Under the pieces are notes generated by a model. The model had not been told where the DNA came from. It worked only from the letters and a program-made list of their open reading frames with translations, and searched no databases. A program made the translations under genes and the position numbers. From Octopus vulgaris (Eukaryota), in contig OX597832.1 of assembly GCA_951406725.2 (NCBI GenBank), forward strand, positions 48,112,001 through 48,176,000: DNA of 64,000 nt, in the 5' to 3' direction. Positions 41,371-52,868 of this stretch are shown one piece after another. The first letter of the stretch is position 1, and each line of letters starts with the position of its first letter.

Positions 41371-41659
41371 TACATAAGCACAAACTAACAAACAAACACA
41401 TACATACATATATGCTGAACTACGAAACCAGAGCCACTGAGGCTGGCAGATATCTTCTTAGATACCTGATCGGTCTGTTAGAAGCAATAGCCAAATCTTC
41501 GGATTGTAACTTATTGTCTTTAGAAAAGGAGATCATATAGAATAATGTTCGATATATATATAGAGATCAATATAAAATAACAGGGTCAATATAATAGATT
41601 AGAATCCTTAATGTGTCCCTGAATGGCCGCAGTTTATGGAAGGACTAGTAGTAAACAAG

Positions 41660-41890
41660 AAGGCGACGAGCTGGCAGAAACGTTAGCTCGCCGGGCCAAA
41701 TGCGTAGCCGTATTACGTCTGCCGCTACGTTCTGAGTTCAAATTCCGCCGAGGTCGACTTAATCCCTTTGTCTATCCTTGTGTGTCCCCTCTGTGTGTAG
41801 CCCCTTGCGGGTAGTAAAGAAATAGGTATTTCGTCTGACGTTACGTTCTGAGTTCAAATTCCGCCGAGGTCGACTTTGCCTTTCATCCTT
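41660..41890 (+). mobile_element. SINE family B, head plus partial tandem unit
   Basis: Contains the GAAATAG|GTATTTC multimer junction at about 41818-41832. Confidence 0.8.
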
Positions 41891-42258
41891 AATGAATGTT
41901 CGTCCTTCGGTTCGAAGATGACCAACTGACATCATCTGATGGAACTGCCGCCATGAGACCTGAGGTGGCTGGTGAGGCCAATCCGGGCAAGGAAGCCCCT
42001 CCCACAGGTGGGGCAGAAGTGGGTAGGGGCCGTGCTACTGGTGCAGGCGGCTCTGGCCTTACGCATCTGACGTTTCTGCTCCGCTGACCGAATCCGTCCC
42101 TCCTCGGCTGTCCCTGCTCCCACGGTGATTGCGCTGCGCCAGGATGAGCGGTTGGCAGCAAGTGTCTCCCAGGTCTCTGTTCCGATGGAGAAGTCTTTGA
42201 GAGAGACCTTGAGACTATCCTTGTAGCGCTTCTTCTGCCCTCCGACTTTGCGCCTTAC
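41891..42258 (-). mobile_element. RTE (BovB-like) LINE 3' end, second family
   Basis: KRKVGGQKKRYKDSLKVSLKDF...WETLAANRSSWR...CPTCGRGFLARIGLTSHLRSH, with a C-terminal C2H2 motif. It interrupts the SINE B core, which resumes at about 42259 (GGGGTCGATAAA). Confidence 0.88.
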
Positions 42259-42390
42259 GGGGTCGATAAATGCCGTTTCCGCCCAACAAATTTATTCGTA
42301 AGGCATTGGTCGACTTGAGAAGACATTTGTACAAGGTGCTGCGCAGAGGGATCGAACGTGAAAACACGTGGTTGCAAAGCCAGCGCAGTT

Positions 42391-42597
42391 ACTCTTTTAC
42401 TCTTTTACTTGTTTCAGTCATTTGACTGCGGCTATGCTGGAGCACCGCCTTTAGTCGAGCAAATCGACCCCGGGACTTATTTTTTGTAAGCCCAATACTT
42501 ATTCTATCGGTCTCTTTTGCCGAACCGCTAAGTGACGGGGACATAAACACACCAGCATCGGTTGTCAAGCAATGCTAGGGGGACAAACACAGACACA

Positions 42598-42645
<48 letters not shown>

Positions 42646-42822
42646 CATATACATATATACGACAGGCTTCTTTCAGTTTCCGTCTACCAAATCCACTCAC
42701 AAGGCATTGGTAGGCCCGGGGCTATAGCAGAAGACACTTGCCCAAGATGTCACGCAGTGGGACTGAACCAGGAACCATGTGGTTGGTTAGCAAGCTACTT
42801 ATCACACAGCCACTCCTGCGCC
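42391..42822 (-). mobile_element. SINE family A, full length
   Basis: Complete head, core, (CA)n/(TA)n and tail. Confidence 0.92.
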
Positions 42823-43344
42823 TTGTTTAACATAAATTTAACACAAGTTCTTGTGTTACGAAGATCTTTATCAGTGGCTCTCATTCTTCTGAATTTCGTG
42901 ACACTGTCAAAGATCAAATGTAAGATTGCTGGTGGTGCGCCTCGCTTGCAACCTTAACAAAAATTATTATTGGCTCACTTTACACTGAAGTTTTAAAATA
43001 TTAGGAAGGTGTTTGTAAGCCGTTTAAGAAACACACAAAAGCCGTTCGATTCACTTCAACATTTAAGTTTAATTTGTCAAAATATATGTCCATACCTACA
43101 TCTATATGTATATATACATGCTATATATGGCTACAGGACATCAACAAAACGTTGAACACAATGAGAAACGAAAACAAAAACAAAAACATGGAAACGAACT
43201 TTTTTTTCAAACAACGAAAGAACAGAGTACAAGACATACAACATAAAAAATATTCCCCTTCTTCAGTTGTTCCTGTTTCGTCTACTCTGCGTTTCAATTA
43301 TTCATTACGGATGCATCTCCATGCATCTCCATGCAGCACGGATT

Positions 43345-43395
43345 TTTGTCAGTGAACAGTTCGCGGTCTTAAAGCGACGAAGATATTTTGACAAA
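43345..43395 (+). ncRNA. Hammerhead-like motif with swapped G3-C8 core pair
   Basis: UUUGUCA-GUGAACA-GUUCGC-(9 nt)-GCGAC-GAAG-AUAU-U-U^UGACAAA: 7-bp stem I and G10.1-C11.1 stem II. Confidence 0.5.
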
Positions 43396-44115
43396 TTAAA
43401 CTTAAATGTTGAAGTGAATCGAACGGCTTTTGTGTGTTTCTTAAATGTCTTACAACCAAACACCTTCCACGACGCTGCAATTGTTTTCGTTCCAGCACAC
43501 GATCTCAGATCAAATCACTTGCTATGCAAGTACATTTCCGTACTTTTAAAATATATTTTTAAAATAAAAATAAAAATTATATTTTATTTTTTGTTTGTTT
43601 CAGTCATTGGACTGCCGCCATGCTGGGGCACCGCCTTGACGGGTTGTTGGTCGAACAAACCGACTCTGTTACTTGTTTGTAAATTTTGGTACTTTATTTT
43701 ATCGGTTACTTTTACCAAAGCGCTCATGTTACAGAGACAACCACCGACAAGCGGATCGTCATATTACGTCCTGTTCTTGTCACCTTTTTTACCCCTCTGC
43801 AAAAGAATTTTATTTAATTCATTTTGCAGGAAGGATTGCTTCGGCCGGATCGTGTTCTGCCCTTACCTTCGAAACACGCATTGAGTCGAAATAGGGGCAG
43901 CTGATGAAGGGGAATATTCCTTGTATTGTATGTCTTGTACTTCGTTGTTAAAAGAAGTCCGTTTCCTTGTTTGATTTTATGTTTTCGTTTCTCGTTGTGT
44001 TCTACGTTTATTTGTGGTGTTCTGTACTCATATATGCATGTATATATACATATAGATGTAGGTATGTACATACATATATGTATGCATCTATGCATATGTT
44101 TTATTTATTAAATTG

Positions 44116-44177
<62 letters not shown>

Positions 44178-44192
44178 AGTGTGTGTGTTTTT

Positions 44193-44596
44193 TCTCTTTT
44201 TACTTGTTTCGGTCATTTTGACTGCGACCATGCTGGAGCACCGCCTTTAATCGAGCAACTCGACCCCGGGACTTATTCTTTGTAAGCCCCGTACTTATTC
44301 TATCGGTCTCTTTTGCCGAACCGCTAAGTGACGGGGACGTAAACACACCAGCATCGATTGTCAAGCAATGCTAGGGGGACAAACACAGACACGCAAACAT
44401 ATACACACACACACACATATATATATACGTATATACGACAGGCTTCTTTCAGTTTCCGCCTACCAAATCCACTCACAAGGCTTTGGTCGGCCCGAGGCTA
44501 TAGCAGAAGACACTTGCCCAAGATGCTACGCAGTGGGACTGAACCCGGAACCATGTGGTTGGTAAACAAGCTACTTACCACACAGCCACTCCTGCG

Positions 44597-44598
<2 letters not shown>
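44193..44598 (-). mobile_element. SINE family A, full length
   Basis: Complete match to the family. Further partial copies at about 32620-33005, 46220-46386 and 47700-47812. Confidence 0.92.
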
Positions 44599-44643
<45 letters not shown>

Positions 44644-45299
44644 TTTTGGCGAAAGAGTCAGCAGAAGTTCGCCATTACCTTAGGTGTTTCGCTCATAAAC
44701 ACACACATCGCCCGGCCTGAGATTCGAACCCGCGATCCCTCGACCGCGAGTCCGCTGCTCCAACCACTAGGCCATGTGCCTCCACGCTTCTCACCTGAAC
44801 AGCCAAACTATTGTTTACCACCTTTATTATTGTGTTTAACATAATCATATTTAACATATCCTTCAGTCATTAATTCGTACCGATTTTGTTAATTTTAAAA
44901 ATATATTTTCAAAAATCTGTGAATGCACTCTGATACCCCCGACTGTGCACTAACAAATCGTGGAGCACCGTTTGAAAACTGCCATTAAATTTATGCATCA
45001 AAGGACGTTTGTCAGACATGGAATTTCTACGGTCACGCTAGAATTTATTAATTACTGCTTTACTCGAAGCAATTAACCTTCCTTGTCAACAAAAGTTTGT
45101 GTGCGCGTCCACATTCCTCACGTGTACGTGAGCGCGCACATTCGCAAAGCCGAAATGGAAACAGTACCCTCCTTCAATATTTGCTGTCGTCTCTTGTCAA
45201 TTGAGAGATGAGGGTGGGTGTATCTAAAAATAATTGCCAAAGTTACTGATTTGAAAAATACGTTTTGCCAAGATATCATTCACCACCATATATAGCAAT

Positions 45300-45903
45300 G
45301 GAAGACGGTGAGCTGGTAGAAACGTTAGCGCGCCAGGTGAAATGCTTAGCGGTTTTTCGTCTGCCGTTACGTTCTGAGTTCAAATTCCGCCGAGGTCGAC
45401 TTTGCCTTTCATCCTTTCGGGGTCGATAAACTAAGTACCAGTTACACACTGGGGGCGATTTAATCGCCTTAATACCTATGTCTGTCCTTGTTTGTCCCCT
45501 CTATGTTTAGCCCCTTGTGGGTAGTAAAGAAATAGGTATTTTGTCTGCCGCTACGTTCTGATTTCAAATTCCGCCGAGGTCGACTTTGTCTTTCATCCTT
45601 TCAGGGTCGATAAATTACGTACTAGTTACGCACTGGGGTCGATGTAATCGACTTAATCCGTTTGCCTGTCCTTGTTAATCCCTTCTGTGTTTAGCCCTTT
45701 GTGGGTAGTAAAGAAATAGGTATTTCGTCTGCCGTTACGTTCTGAGTTCAAATTCCGCCGAGGTCGACTTTGCCTTTCATCCTTTCGGGGTCGATTAAAT
45801 ATAGTACCAGTTTTGCACTGGGGTCGAACTAATCAACTTAATCACTTTGTCTGTCCTTGTTTGTCCCCTCTGTGTTTAGCCCCTTGTGTGCAATAAAGAA
45901 ATA
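45300..45903 (+). mobile_element. SINE family B trimer (one head plus three body units of about 184 bp)
   Basis: Junction GAAATAG|GTATTT at about 45529-45541 and 45713-45726. Confidence 0.9.
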
Positions 45904-46818
45904 TATATAGCAATGGTGTATAGAAAAGACAGATCCACTTCAGCCAGGCGTTATCTTTAATTCTTTGTCTTTTATAATTTTAATTAGGTTTTTGTTTTTT
46001 CATTTTTCTTTTTTGTTTTAAACTCTGGTAACTATTGTATCAGTATCTTTTGACGAACTGCAAAGTTACACGTAGTCGCAAGCAAACCTTTACCACTTGG
46101 TAAACGATGCAAGGTGGTGGCAAATACGCACACATCCATCCATATATATATATATATATTATATATATATATATATGATATATATAAAATAATATGTATA
46201 TATTTGTGTATATATATACATATATACGACGGGTTTCTTTCAGTTTCCGTCTACCAAATCCACTCACAAGGCTTTGGTCGGCCCGAGGCTATAGTAGAAG
46301 ATACTGCCAAAGGTGCTACGCAGTGGGACTGAACCCGGAACCATGTGGTTGGTAAACAAGCTACTTACCACACAGCCACTCCTGCGTCTACACATTTTTA
46401 TAACGAATCATACCAAGCCTATTGTGGAGGCCAAACGTCAACAATGTGTTGAAGTATTGAATCAAAAGGATCTAACCTTTTTAATCCAATCTCTTGTCGC
46501 CACATAAGCTCAATTTTTTAGTGGGGAGATAACCCAGTTTTTTAATGGCAATTTTTTTAATGGGGGTTGAGAGTATACACGAGTATAGGGGCTCCAATTC
46601 TGCTCTCTGCATATTGTGGCTTGCTGTCAATAAATAAATAAATAAAATATTATATTTAAGTATTGGACCCGGTGCATTGAATTACCCGGAGGGGGGGGGG
46701 GGGGCTATAACGCTGCTAAGGGAGCACTGTGTACCACATATGTTTTATGATCCTATCGTGTTCGTACGTAACATGTAGAACCGTCCCTGAGGTATTTGCA
46801 CTCGACCGGATTACTACC

Positions 46819-46850
<32 letters not shown>

Positions 46851-47258
46851 GGCAGTAGTAGTTGTAGTTGTAGTAGTAGCACTAGTTGGGACAGTAGTTT
46901 GTAAAACGACTTTGCTTTTTCATTGCTAACGATCAAAACATTCCAGAAAAAACATTTTTTGTGAAAAGAAAAAAAAAAAAAAATAAATAAATAAGTGCAA
47001 AACCAAAAAGGCTCGCAAAAAACCCACACACATACAAGTACGCATGCGCGTGCAAACACACAGACACACATATATATATACACACACACAAACGGAAACC
47101 TCTACGCACACATACATTCTCACGAAAGCTGTACACACCCCATGACATATATATGTATTTCACATCGTGGGCATTCATGCGTAGAGTATCTTTATTTTCT
47201 TTATTCACCTCGCAGTCGCCATCTAGACCATACACCCTGGTACACACACACACATACA

Positions 47259-47306
<48 letters not shown>

Positions 47307-47583
47307 CACACACACACATACACACACAAACTGAGCAAAACTGTGTCCATATAGCTGCTTGGCTGGCTGAAACAAGAGACCTGTTTATATTCATAGCTAC
47401 ATATTTACCATACCTAATACAAAACACCAAAAAAGAAAAAAAAAAGAAAAAGAAAAGATTGTATTTGTAACTATAAACGCATGCGCAAACATGCATGCAT
47501 GCGTACATAAATTTCTGCATTCATATGTATGTTTTTTCTCTTTCCCTCCCCCTCTCTTTCTCTCTTTGACTCCCTATATATAA

Positions 47584-47619
<36 letters not shown>

Positions 47620-47862
47620 TTATATATATGTATATATGTGTGTGTATATATATATATATATATGACACCCTATATATACCCTATATATAGGTAGTCAAAG
47701 GAGTGGCTGAGTGGTAAGTGGCTTGCACACCAGCCACATGGTTCAGGGTTCAGACCCACTGCGTGGAACTTTGGGCAAGTGTTTTCTACTATAGCTTTGG
47801 GCCAACCAAAGCCAGTCGTTTAGACATGGCCTGGACCAATCTTTGGTCGAAACATATCTAAG

Positions 47863-47919
<57 letters not shown>

Positions 47920-48289
47920 ATTATATATATCACTTTTTCTTTACGGAATTGACGTTATTTTGCGGTTAAAGCTTTTGGCTGTTATTTCTAGTGGGTGAAT
48001 GGCCTATTATGGCCGTTCCTTGATTGTGATATATATATATATATATATATTTCTAATATATATATATTAGAAATTCAATATTTCTAATATATATATATTA
48101 GAAATATTGAATAAGCGGTGGTCGAGCGATATAGTGGTCGTATACCGTCAACTCAATGTGACAGTCCTGTAAGGGAATTACACCACTGCCATTTAGCCCT
48201 AGGAAACATCGACGTCTCCTGTCGGCTTTGACACATTTTCTGTGTCCTTATATTTGCAAAGGGGAGGCAATCACCCCCCCGCCAGCTGG

Positions 48290-48354
48290 GACTAAGCACC
48301 TGAAGACATATGTTTCTGAGTCTATTGCTCGTCATCAGTTCAGGGTAGCTTGTC
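48290..48354 (-). ncRNA. Type I hammerhead ribozyme with palindromic stem III
   Basis: GACAAGCUAC-CCUGAA-CUGAUGA-CGAG-CAAUAGA-CUCA-GAAA-CAUAUG-U-C^UUCAGG-UGCUUAGUC: extended stem I, GUC triplet and a C.A mismatch at the base of stem II. Confidence 0.78.
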
Positions 48355-48454
48355 TCGCTCGCTGAGATGACTGCAACCCCTTATATGATATATAATATAT
48401 CATATTATCAGTAAAATTTATTTACTGATCACCGAAATTAGATATATTGAATTA

Positions 48455-48501
<47 letters not shown>

Positions 48502-48626
48502 GGTCCCGGGTTGAGTCGGGGTTAACCACAGTAAATAAGGTACTCAATACATAGCAGAGTAAATTAATTTATTTTATAGAAGGAGCTTCTACAGGACTAG
48601 AACTGTTTCATTCAAAAGAAATCATC

Positions 48627-48683
48627 AGGAGCTTCCTGATGATTTCTTTTGAATGAAACAGTTCTAGTCCTGTAGAAGCTCCT
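48627..48683 (+). ncRNA. Type I hammerhead ribozyme inside a perfect palindrome
   Basis: AGGAGCUUC-CUGAUGA-UUUCUUUUGAAU-GAAA-CAG-UUCUAGUC-CUG-U-A^GAAGCUCCU: 9-bp stem I, 4-bp stem III, GUA triplet and U.U at the base of stem II. Confidence 0.82.
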
Positions 48684-48684
48684 T

Positions 48685-48759
<75 letters not shown>

Positions 48760-48996
48760 ATAGTAAAAAGGCGATAAAATAGATTATTGCCGGTGATCTA
48801 GCACAAAAGACATTTTAGCCATTAGGCTATATGTTATTCATATATAAGTACATTAAAGGCTTCTAAAAGAAGAAGTGAGTACTAGATACACAAAAATTGG
48901 ATAAATTCAGTGAAATGAAAATTAAAAAGTTAGAGAATGCAAGTCAGTAGAGTCGCACATGCTTCTATTGATATGTACTTCTGGGATAACAGGCTG

Positions 48997-49066
48997 CTTA
49001 CTGAAGAGTATAGCCTTAGCAGATAAATTATATTTACTGCTGAAAAAGACGAAACTGCAGTATAAG
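48997..49066 (+). ncRNA. Type I hammerhead ribozyme with long stem II, between 85-bp inverted repeats
   Basis: CUUA-CUGAAGA-GU...UUAGCAG-AUAAAU-UAU-AUUUA-CUGCUGA...AC-GAAA-CUGCAG-U-A^UAAG: canonical core and palindromic stem III ACUGCAGU. Confidence 0.8.
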
Positions 49067-49799
49067 ATGAACCGAGTTTGTAAACGTTTTTAATTTTCAT
49101 TTCACTGAATTTATCCAATTTTTGTGTATCTAGTACTCACTTCTTCTTTTAGAAGCCTTTAATGTACTTATTTATATATATATATATATATGTATTTATT
49201 ATGAAAGAAGCCTGTCGTATATCAGTCATAACATGTCCGTTCTCTGTTTTTTTATTATATATCTCACCGCTCAAAGGTTAACCACTTCCAGCCATCTTTA
49301 ATAAGCAGCTTCAACACTACCTTTTTTCATTAGTTACACTTCGAACCAGAGTTTTAGTGGTAAACCAAACAGAGCACTTATGGTACACACCTAATATTTA
49401 CGCGCGTGCGCGTGTTTGCGTGCGAGCTTGTATTGCCGGCCTTGTATAGGTTTACTGTATATCATACATATTACTGGATGAAATCTACATACAGGTTTAT
49501 TATTGTTCTTTCACATCAGGTCAGATCTGAAGTCGCTGATGTATACAATGAGAAGACATTCCAGTCGTGTCAATATCGTCTTTATTTGTTCATGTATTTG
49601 TTTATTTAGTTATTTATTAATTTATTTTAGTTTCTCAGTATTTGTATACTGAGAATTCATTTTTATCAAGCGCGGGGCTGGGCTTTGAAGGAGACATTGC
49701 CGCTATTTTTAGCTAAACGTGTCGGTTGGTCTGAATACAGTTGCAATATAAAGGTCAGCGCCCTTTTATTGTAATATAACAAATTGTATTAAAGCTATA

Positions 49800-50170
49800 C
49801 TAGCTGGCCCCGTGCCGTAAAAAATGGCGGCTAATTGTAGTATTTTAGAGTTGATACGCTGTTTGATTTTCTTTCTATTGCACACGCACACACACACACA
49901 CACACTCACGTACTTCCCTTTTACATACACACACACATATACTCACGCAGAGTTGAAACGCTCCCACTACGAGTTTGCCGTCACCCCTTCCTTCCTTATT
50001 CATATAGCACCCCTTCCTTTCTCATTCTTATGTTATGACGGAGAGAGCGCACACGCACACGTATATAGTCTCTCTTTCTCTTTCTCTCTTTCCTTCTCTG
50101 TCTTTCTTTCACACACACGCGCGCATTGTAGGCTCGTTCTAACGTGTATTGAGTTCTTTCTTATATCCTA
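49800..50170 (-). mobile_element. Possible non-autonomous Helitron-like element
   Basis: A|CTAG at 49800-49803 with a nearby GC-rich hairpin (GCCGT-AAAAA-ATGGC). The other end is unclear. Confidence 0.4.
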
Positions 50171-50176
50171 TACTAG

Positions 50177-50400
50177 AGCTGGCAGAAACGTTAGCACGCC
50201 GGGCGAAATGCGTAGCCGTATTTCGTCTGCCGTTACGTTCTGAGTTCAAATTCCGCCGAGGTCAACTTTGCCTTTCATCCTTTCGGGGTCGATAAATTAA
50301 GTACCAGTTATGCACTGGGGTCGATGTAATCGACTTAATCCGTCTGTCTGTCCTTGTTTATCCCCTCTGTGTTTAGCCCCTTGTGGGTAGTAAAGAAATA
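50177..50400 (+). mobile_element. SINE family B monomer
   Basis: Full body; probable TSD tatacta on both sides. Confidence 0.88.
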
Positions 50401-50781
50401 TATACTAAGCTATACTAATCGTTACACTGCCGACACCCGGTTGCTCCAAAATTTATGTTCAAAACTACATTTCTGGAAAACTTATATAAAAATAAAAAAT
50501 TCCATCCTCTTGGGTGTTCCCGGTTTTGTGTTCAGAAGTATATTCGTGGACAATACCGAGATAAGAATAAATATTCTCCATTTTCAAGCGACTGCGTCAG
50601 CCGGGTTTCCAAACCGGATCGGCTGCTTGGAAGAAAATCGTAGTAACCATGACACTTCTGACGCTCCACTGTTCTAAACTTTTGTGTCCAAAACTCTGTT
50701 TCTAGAAAACACTCGAGGTAAATATAAAAATTGCATTCTTTCGAAACAACTGCGTCGGCTGGTAGTCGAACTCGGATCGAC

Positions 50782-51184
50782 GGATCTTTTCGGTTTGAAC
50801 GGCAGTTTTTTTTAAAAATAATTTCCACGTAACTAAACACTTTTAAACTTCGTATACTGGTAGAATGTTTTTATAAAACATCTTTTTCTCTTGGCTTTAT
50901 TGAGAAAATTCTATAGTTTGTAAGATAATTGTTCTTTTTCTTCAAATTCTAAAATTTCAACCAATCACTGACGTCTATTGAGCTAAAATACATTCTGTGC
51001 CGTGTGAATATGTCCCTCGTTTAAGAAACAGATTTACATTTCTGAAGAAAAAAAAATACCCTTCCCTGCACCCCTAACCCTAAAACAGATTGAAATGCAA
51101 TAGATTGATACTAGGGTCATAATTATGGGGGACTATTTCATATGACACCGCTAGAAAAAACTGCCGTTCAAACCGAAAAGATCC
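50782..51184. mobile_element. MITE (Merlin-like) inserted into a tRNA-Gly unit
   Basis: TIRs GGATCTTTTCGGTTTGAACGGCAG. The 8-bp TSD ggatcgac (50774-50781, 51185-51192) is tRNA sequence. Confidence 0.95.
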
Positions 51185-51488
51185 GGATCGACTGCTTCGA
51201 AGGTAATCCTGTTGAATATCCGACCATCGACGCTCTGTTGCACCAGCATTTTCGTTCAAAACATTATTTCTGGAAAACATTGAGGAAAAAATAAAATTTC
51301 CATTCTTTCGAAGAAACTGCGTCACCCGGAAACCGAAACCGAAACCGAATCGATTACTTGGGAAGCAATCATGCCGATCGTTAAACCATGGGTACCTGGC
51401 TACCGAAAATTTTGTGTTAAAGCGTATATTTCTGGAAAATACTGAGATAAAAATTAAAAAAAAACAACAAAACATTAAATTTAGTGAC

Positions 51489-51560
51489 TGCGTCGGCCGG
51501 GAGTCGAACCCGGATCGACTGCTTGGAAGGCAACCATGCTGACCGTTACACCACCGACGC
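51489..51560 (-). tRNA. tRNA-Gly (anticodon TCC), intact
   Basis: GCGTCGGTGGTGTAACGGTCAGCATGGTTGCCTTCCAAGCAGTCGATCCGGGTTCGACTCCCGGCCGACGCA: 72 nt, perfect acceptor and T stems, A and B boxes, and downstream T-runs. Confidence 0.93.
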
Positions 51561-51783
51561 CTTGCTGCTTTTCACTTTGTGTGGAGAAGTAAGTTTCTTT
51601 AAAACAGTTAAAAATAGAGAGCACTATCTGACTGCGTCAGCCGGGAATCGATCGCGGATCGATTGCTGAGAAGGCAACCATGGCGATCGTTACATTACCG
51701 ATGGCTGGAAGCTTCTAGCTTTGTGTCTAAAAGTATATCCCTAGAGAAGAGTGAGATAAAAATAAAAATATCACCGTTCTGTT

Positions 51784-52210
51784 GCGGAGTGGCTGTGTGG
51801 TAAGTGGCTTGCTAACCAACCATATGGTTCCGGGTTCAGTCCCACTGCGTGGCATCTTGGGCAAGTGTCTTCTGCTATAGCCCCGGGCCGACCAATGCCT
51901 TGTGAGTGGATTTGGTAGACGGAAACTGAAAGAAGCCTGTCGTATATATGTACGTATATATATATATGTGTGTGTGTGTATGTGTTTGTGTTTGTGTGTC
52001 TGTGTTTGTCCCCCTAGCATTGCTTGACAACCGATGCTGGTTTGATTTCTCTACCATTCAGAAGTGTATTTCTGGAAAATACTGACATGAAATAATAATT
52101 ACAAAAAGAATAAGTCCCGGGGTCGATTTGCTCGACTAAAAGGCGGTGCTCCAGCATGGCCGCAGTCAAATGACTGAAACAAGTAAAAGAGTAAAGAGTA
52201 AAAAGAGTAA
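51784..52210 (+). mobile_element. SINE family A with its middle replaced by tRNA-array spacer sequence
   Basis: Normal head and tail; about 52046-52105 matches about 52688-52746. Confidence 0.85.
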
Positions 52211-52437
52211 CACCGTTGGCCGGGTACCGAACCCCGATCTCCGGCTTTGAAGGCAACCACACAGAACGTTACGCTACCAATGCTTTGCCTATTCTTCCGA
52301 TTGTGTTCGGAAGTATACGCCTTGAAAACACTGCGATAAAAATTTTACAAAAAAACACTATTTTTTTATGTGCCCGTGTCCGCCGGGAGTTGACCCGATC
52401 GGCTGTTTGAAAGGTATTCCATGCTGACTGTTATACC

Positions 52438-52653
52438 TACTTCTTTACTACCCACGAGGGGCTAAACACAGAGAGGACAAACAGGGACAGACAGACGGAT
52501 TAAGTCGATTACATCGACCCCAGTGCGTAACTGGTACTTAATTTATCGACCTCGAAAGGATGAAAGGCAAAGTCGACCTCGGCGGAATTTGAACTCAGAA
52601 CGTAGCGGCAGACGAAATACAGCTACGCATTTTGCCCGGTGTGCTAACCTTTC
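52438..52653 (-). mobile_element. SINE family B inserted into a tRNA-Gly unit
   Basis: TSD tgctgactgttatacc at 52422-52437 and 52654-52669 (tRNA D-arm sequence). Confidence 0.92.
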
Positions 52654-52796
52654 TGCTGACTGTTATACCATCGACACTTGGGTATACTTTCTCTACCATT
52701 CAGAAGTGTATTTCGGGAAAATACTGACATGAAATAATAATTAACAAAAAAAAAAAAAAAAAAAAAAACTTCTCATTGGGAATTACACACTTTTGT

Positions 52797-52868
52797 TGCG
52801 TCGGCTGGGAATCGAACCCGGATCGACTGCTTGCAAGGTAAACATGCTGACAGTTACACCACCGATGC
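52797..52868 (-). pseudogene. tRNA-Gly-derived pseudogene with TGC anticodon
   Basis: Full length with A and B boxes, but has an A3.C70 mismatch and a broken anticodon stem (TTTAC/GCAGT). Confidence 0.75.

Noticed and set aside
43870-44085. Repeat family with CTGATGAAGG (also about 33550-33770, 43085-43295 and 57000-57235) as a hammerhead
   Set aside because: No GAAA follows the putative stem II; kept only as an unclassified repeat.
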